Part shown: piece after piece, positions 44,521-46,807 of the stretch
Layout of the letters: the number at the start of each line of letters is the position of its first letter
Position numbering within the stretch: the stretch's first letter is position 1
Source of the DNA: a virus
Lineage: Duplodnaviria > Caudoviricetes
IMG/VR virus record: IMGVR_UViG_3300033982_000163
Coordinates: 1-46,807 of that record
Length of the DNA stretch: 46,807 bases
Reading direction: 5' to 3' (one strand)
Notes under the pieces: generated by a model
The model's input: only the letters and a program-made list of their open reading frames with translations
What the model was told of the DNA's origin: nothing
Database searches by the model: none
Position numbers and translations under genes: made by a program

Positions 44521-44781
44521 TCATGAAATCCGCTCTCTCATTAGTTCACTAAAAGCGACCTCGTCGCCAAAAAAAATAAAGTCATGCGGCGTGTTATAGA
44601 CCCTCTCAAATGTTTGCATTTTTTGATACGGAACATTGCTAGAATTTTTCTCCCAAGCGCGCAATGTCTTGACACTGACTCCAACAAGGGTTGCGGCCTC
44701 CTCCTGGGTATAACCGAACTTTATTCTGAGTGACCGCAATGTATCTCTTTGCTGAATAGAAACCTCTTTAATTCCTTTCAT
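44521..44781 (-). CDS. Cro-like HTH regulator
   Basis: TLRSLR...YTQEEAA.LVGVS.KTLRAWE; divergent from the repressor. Confidence 0.88.
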   Translation of the reverse strand: MKGIKEVSIQQRDTLRSLRIKFGYTQEEAATLVGVSVKTLRAWEKNSSNVPYQKMQTFERVYNTPHDFIFFGDEVAFSELMRERIS

Positions 44782-44806
44782 TTAATCAACCCCTTTTCTA
44801 ATTCCT

Positions 44807-44835
44807 ATGTTACGACTCTTTCGGTGAACTGTCAA
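44807..44835 (-). promoter_or_regulatory. Early lytic (cro) sigma-A promoter with putative operators
   Basis: TTGACA-17-TAACAT; related motifs CTCTTTTCGGTGAAC in the spacer, CTCTTTTAGTAAAC at ~44846 and an inverted copy at ~44544. Confidence 0.65.
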
Positions 44836-44874
44836 CATATTTTACCTCTTTTAGTAAACAAATTTCACAGATAG

Positions 44875-44902
44875 TTGAATAAGTTCCCAAAATGGGTATA
44901 CT
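44875..44902 (+). promoter_or_regulatory. Repressor/integrase sigma-A promoter
   Basis: TTGAAT-16-TATACT upstream of RBS AAGGAGG. Confidence 0.5.
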
Positions 44903-44930
44903 GTAACTATGGATATAAGGAGGTATTGAG

Positions 44931-45551
44931 ATGACGGATGACGTTAAGGAAATATTTGCAGCTAATGTATTTAGATTGCGCAAGGAAAGAGGGCTTACTC
45001 AGTTAGAATTTGGAGACAAAATAGGGCTAGGAAAGACTACTGTTTCCCAATGGGAATCAGCGCAGAAGCTACCAAATGCAGGAAGTATAGAAAAGATTGC
45101 ATCTTTCTTTAATATTCCTAAAAGCGCTTTGTTCGCAGAAGGTAATGATCGCTTTATAACTTATGATAGAATATTAAACTTGCCAGTCGTAGGTAAGATT
45201 TCATGCGGAAACGGATCTTTTACTTATGAGGAAATTGAAGATTATGAGCCAACTCCCGAGGCCTGGGTTCGCGGAGGGGAATACTTCTACTTGCGCGCTG
45301 AAGGCGATAGTATGATGAACGCTCGAATCTTAGATGGGGATCTTGTTTTGATACGTCGCCAAGAGGTGGTGGAAGATGGCGAGATAGGTGCAGTAGTTGT
45401 TAATGGTAAAACCTATTTAAAAAGAATACACATTAAAAATGATGCAATAGTTCTTAATTCTGAAAATCAAAAATACTCTCCATTGGTTTTTGGGCCAGAA
45501 GACAATGTTCGCGTTATCGGAAAACTCAGGAAGGTAATAATCAGCTTGTAG
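44931..45551 (+). CDS. CI-like repressor (Xre HTH plus S24 autopeptidase)
   Basis: HTH N-terminus; VVGKISCG, AEGDSM, YLKR. Confidence 0.93.
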   Translation: MTDDVKEIFAANVFRLRKERGLTQLEFGDKIGLGKTTVSQWESAQKLPNAGSIEKIASFFNIPKSALFAEGNDRFITYDRILNLPVVGKISCGNGSFTYEEIEDYEPTPEAWVRGGEYFYLRAEGDSMMNARILDGDLVLIRRQEVVEDGEIGAVVVNGKTYLKRIHIKNDAIVLNSENQKYSPLVFGPEDNVRVIGKLRKVIISL

Positions 45552-45586
45552 CTACACGTTGATACGATTGGAGGTGCAAAGTAAGT

Positions 45587-46807
45587 ATGCAGGGTCATTT
45601 TTATCGACCGAAGTGTAAATGTCCAAAGGATGCCAAAAAATGCACATGTGGAGCTACGTGGTCGTATATTGTTGATGTTGGAATAGATCCGAGTACAGGC
45701 AACCGAAAGCAAGAAAAAAAGGGAGGATTCAAGACAAAGTCTGCCGCCCAGGCTGCTTGCGCAATTGTGGTACGGGAGGTTGAACAAGGTATCCATATTA
45801 AAGAATCCGAGATTACATTCGAGGATTTTTCAAAAGAATGGTTGGCCGATTACGAAAATACCGGAAATCCTAAAAAGGAGAGCACGATCCTTGTAAGAAA
45901 ACGCGAGATTGCCAGGCTCATGCCGTTCATTGGCAAATTCAAAATGAAAGATACTACTCGAAGACATTTTCAAAGCGCACTAAATAGTTTGAAGGAAAAA
46001 CAGTATTCGCAAAGTGCCTTGATTGGCTCTTATACGACAGGTCGAATGATTTTTAAAAAAGCAGTAGAATTTGAATATATTAAAACCGATCCAACCACAT
46101 ATGCCTCTATCCCTAAATCAGTTAAGACTATAGATAATTTGGAACTAGAAGAAGAGGTTATAAAATATCTTGAAAAAAGCGAATTATCCTTATTTTTAAA
46201 GACTGCAAAAGATAAAGGTTTGGGCAAAGATTATCTAATATTTTTACTTTTGGCTTACACCGGCCTGAGGGTCGGCGAGTTATGTGCGCTCAAATGGAAA
46301 GATATAGACTTTGATGGCGGCAGCGTAAGTATTACCAAAACATTGTTTAACCCTAAGTGTGACGCGAAGAAATATAAGCTAACTACCCCAAAAACTAAGG
46401 CCTCTAAAAGGAAAATTTCTATAGAGGAAATTGTCTTGGAAGAACTTAAAAAACATAAAGCAAAACAGAACCTAGTCATCATGAAGAATCGCGATACCTA
46501 CCATGATAAGGATTTTATATTTGCAAAGGAGAATATTGAGCACGGTTATCCAGAACACGTCAACACCATTGGAAGGCATATGCGCAGTATATTAAAGAAG
46601 GCGGGGCTTAATACGTCACTAACCCCCCATTCTCTTCGACACACCCATACGTCTTTACTGGCAGAGGCTGGAGTTAGTCTACCGGAAGTAATGGAGAGGC
46701 TAGGTCATAAAAATGCAAGAACTACAATTTTGGTATACACCCATACTACTAAGGCGATGAAAAAAGAAGCTTCGAGAAAGTTCGGCGAACTAATGAAAAG
46801 CCTATAA
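45587..46807 (+). CDS. int: Tyrosine integrase
   Basis: Arm-binding N-terminus (GGFKTK), TGLRVGE, HSLRHTH, RLGH, VYTH. Confidence 0.96.
   Translation: MQGHFYRPKCKCPKDAKKCTCGATWSYIVDVGIDPSTGNRKQEKKGGFKTKSAAQAACAIVVREVEQGIHIKESEITFEDFSKEWLADYENTGNPKKESTILVRKREIARLMPFIGKFKMKDTTRRHFQSALNSLKEKQYSQSALIGSYTTGRMIFKKAVEFEYIKTDPTTYASIPKSVKTIDNLELEEEVIKYLEKSELSLFLKTAKDKGLGKDYLIFLLLAYTGLRVGELCALKWKDIDFDGGSVSITKTLFNPKCDAKKYKLTTPKTKASKRKISIEEIVLEELKKHKAKQNLVIMKNRDTYHDKDFIFAKENIEHGYPEHVNTIGRHMRSILKKAGLNTSLTPHSLRHTHTSLLAEAGVSLPEVMERLGHKNARTTILVYTHTTKAMKKEASRKFGELMKSL

Larger units (their letters stand above)
1..46807. mobile_element. Prophage (temperate; HK97-like head, contractile PBSX-like tail), partial
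   Basis: Canonical module order integrase-repressor-cro-xis-replication-packaging-head-tail across the whole window. Confidence 0.97.

Noticed and set aside
1-46807. tRNA, rRNA and att sites
   Set aside because: None recognisable; the window ends at the integrase stop, so att would lie outside

Overview
A ~47 kb segment of a temperate phage (prophage), most likely from a spore-forming Bacillota host (inferred from GGAGGTGA-type RBSs and sigma-H-type promoters). Read right to left on the minus strand it carries: tyrosine integrase and S24/LexA-like repressor (+ strand), Cro and Xis, an accessory early region, replication/recombination genes (PcfK/PcfJ, DUF3102, two replisome-organizer genes, SSB, RecU, ASCH), a late activator, a ParB-methyltransferase, a cos-type HNH/TerS/TerL packaging module, an HK97-like head and a PBSX-like contractile tail up to the tape measure. 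Baseplate, lysis genes and att sites are outside the window. The standout feature is a ~5.5 kb array (38730-44290) directly behind xis, made of about ten small cassettes. A typical cassette has a sigma-H-type promoter (RNAGG-N15/16-GTCGAA) driving a + strand gene antisense to the lytic operon and, in six cases, a convergent 3'-overlapping minus-strand partner; three partners contain the + strand terminator. Cassettes are joined by a direct repeat that decays with distance from xis, three cassettes are enclosed by 25-28 bp inverted repeats, and a paralogous cassette sits 40 kb away in the tail operon. The architecture resembles stacked prophage defence/self-immunity pairs, but that function is inference. 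All family calls come from motif recognition by eye; no searches were run.
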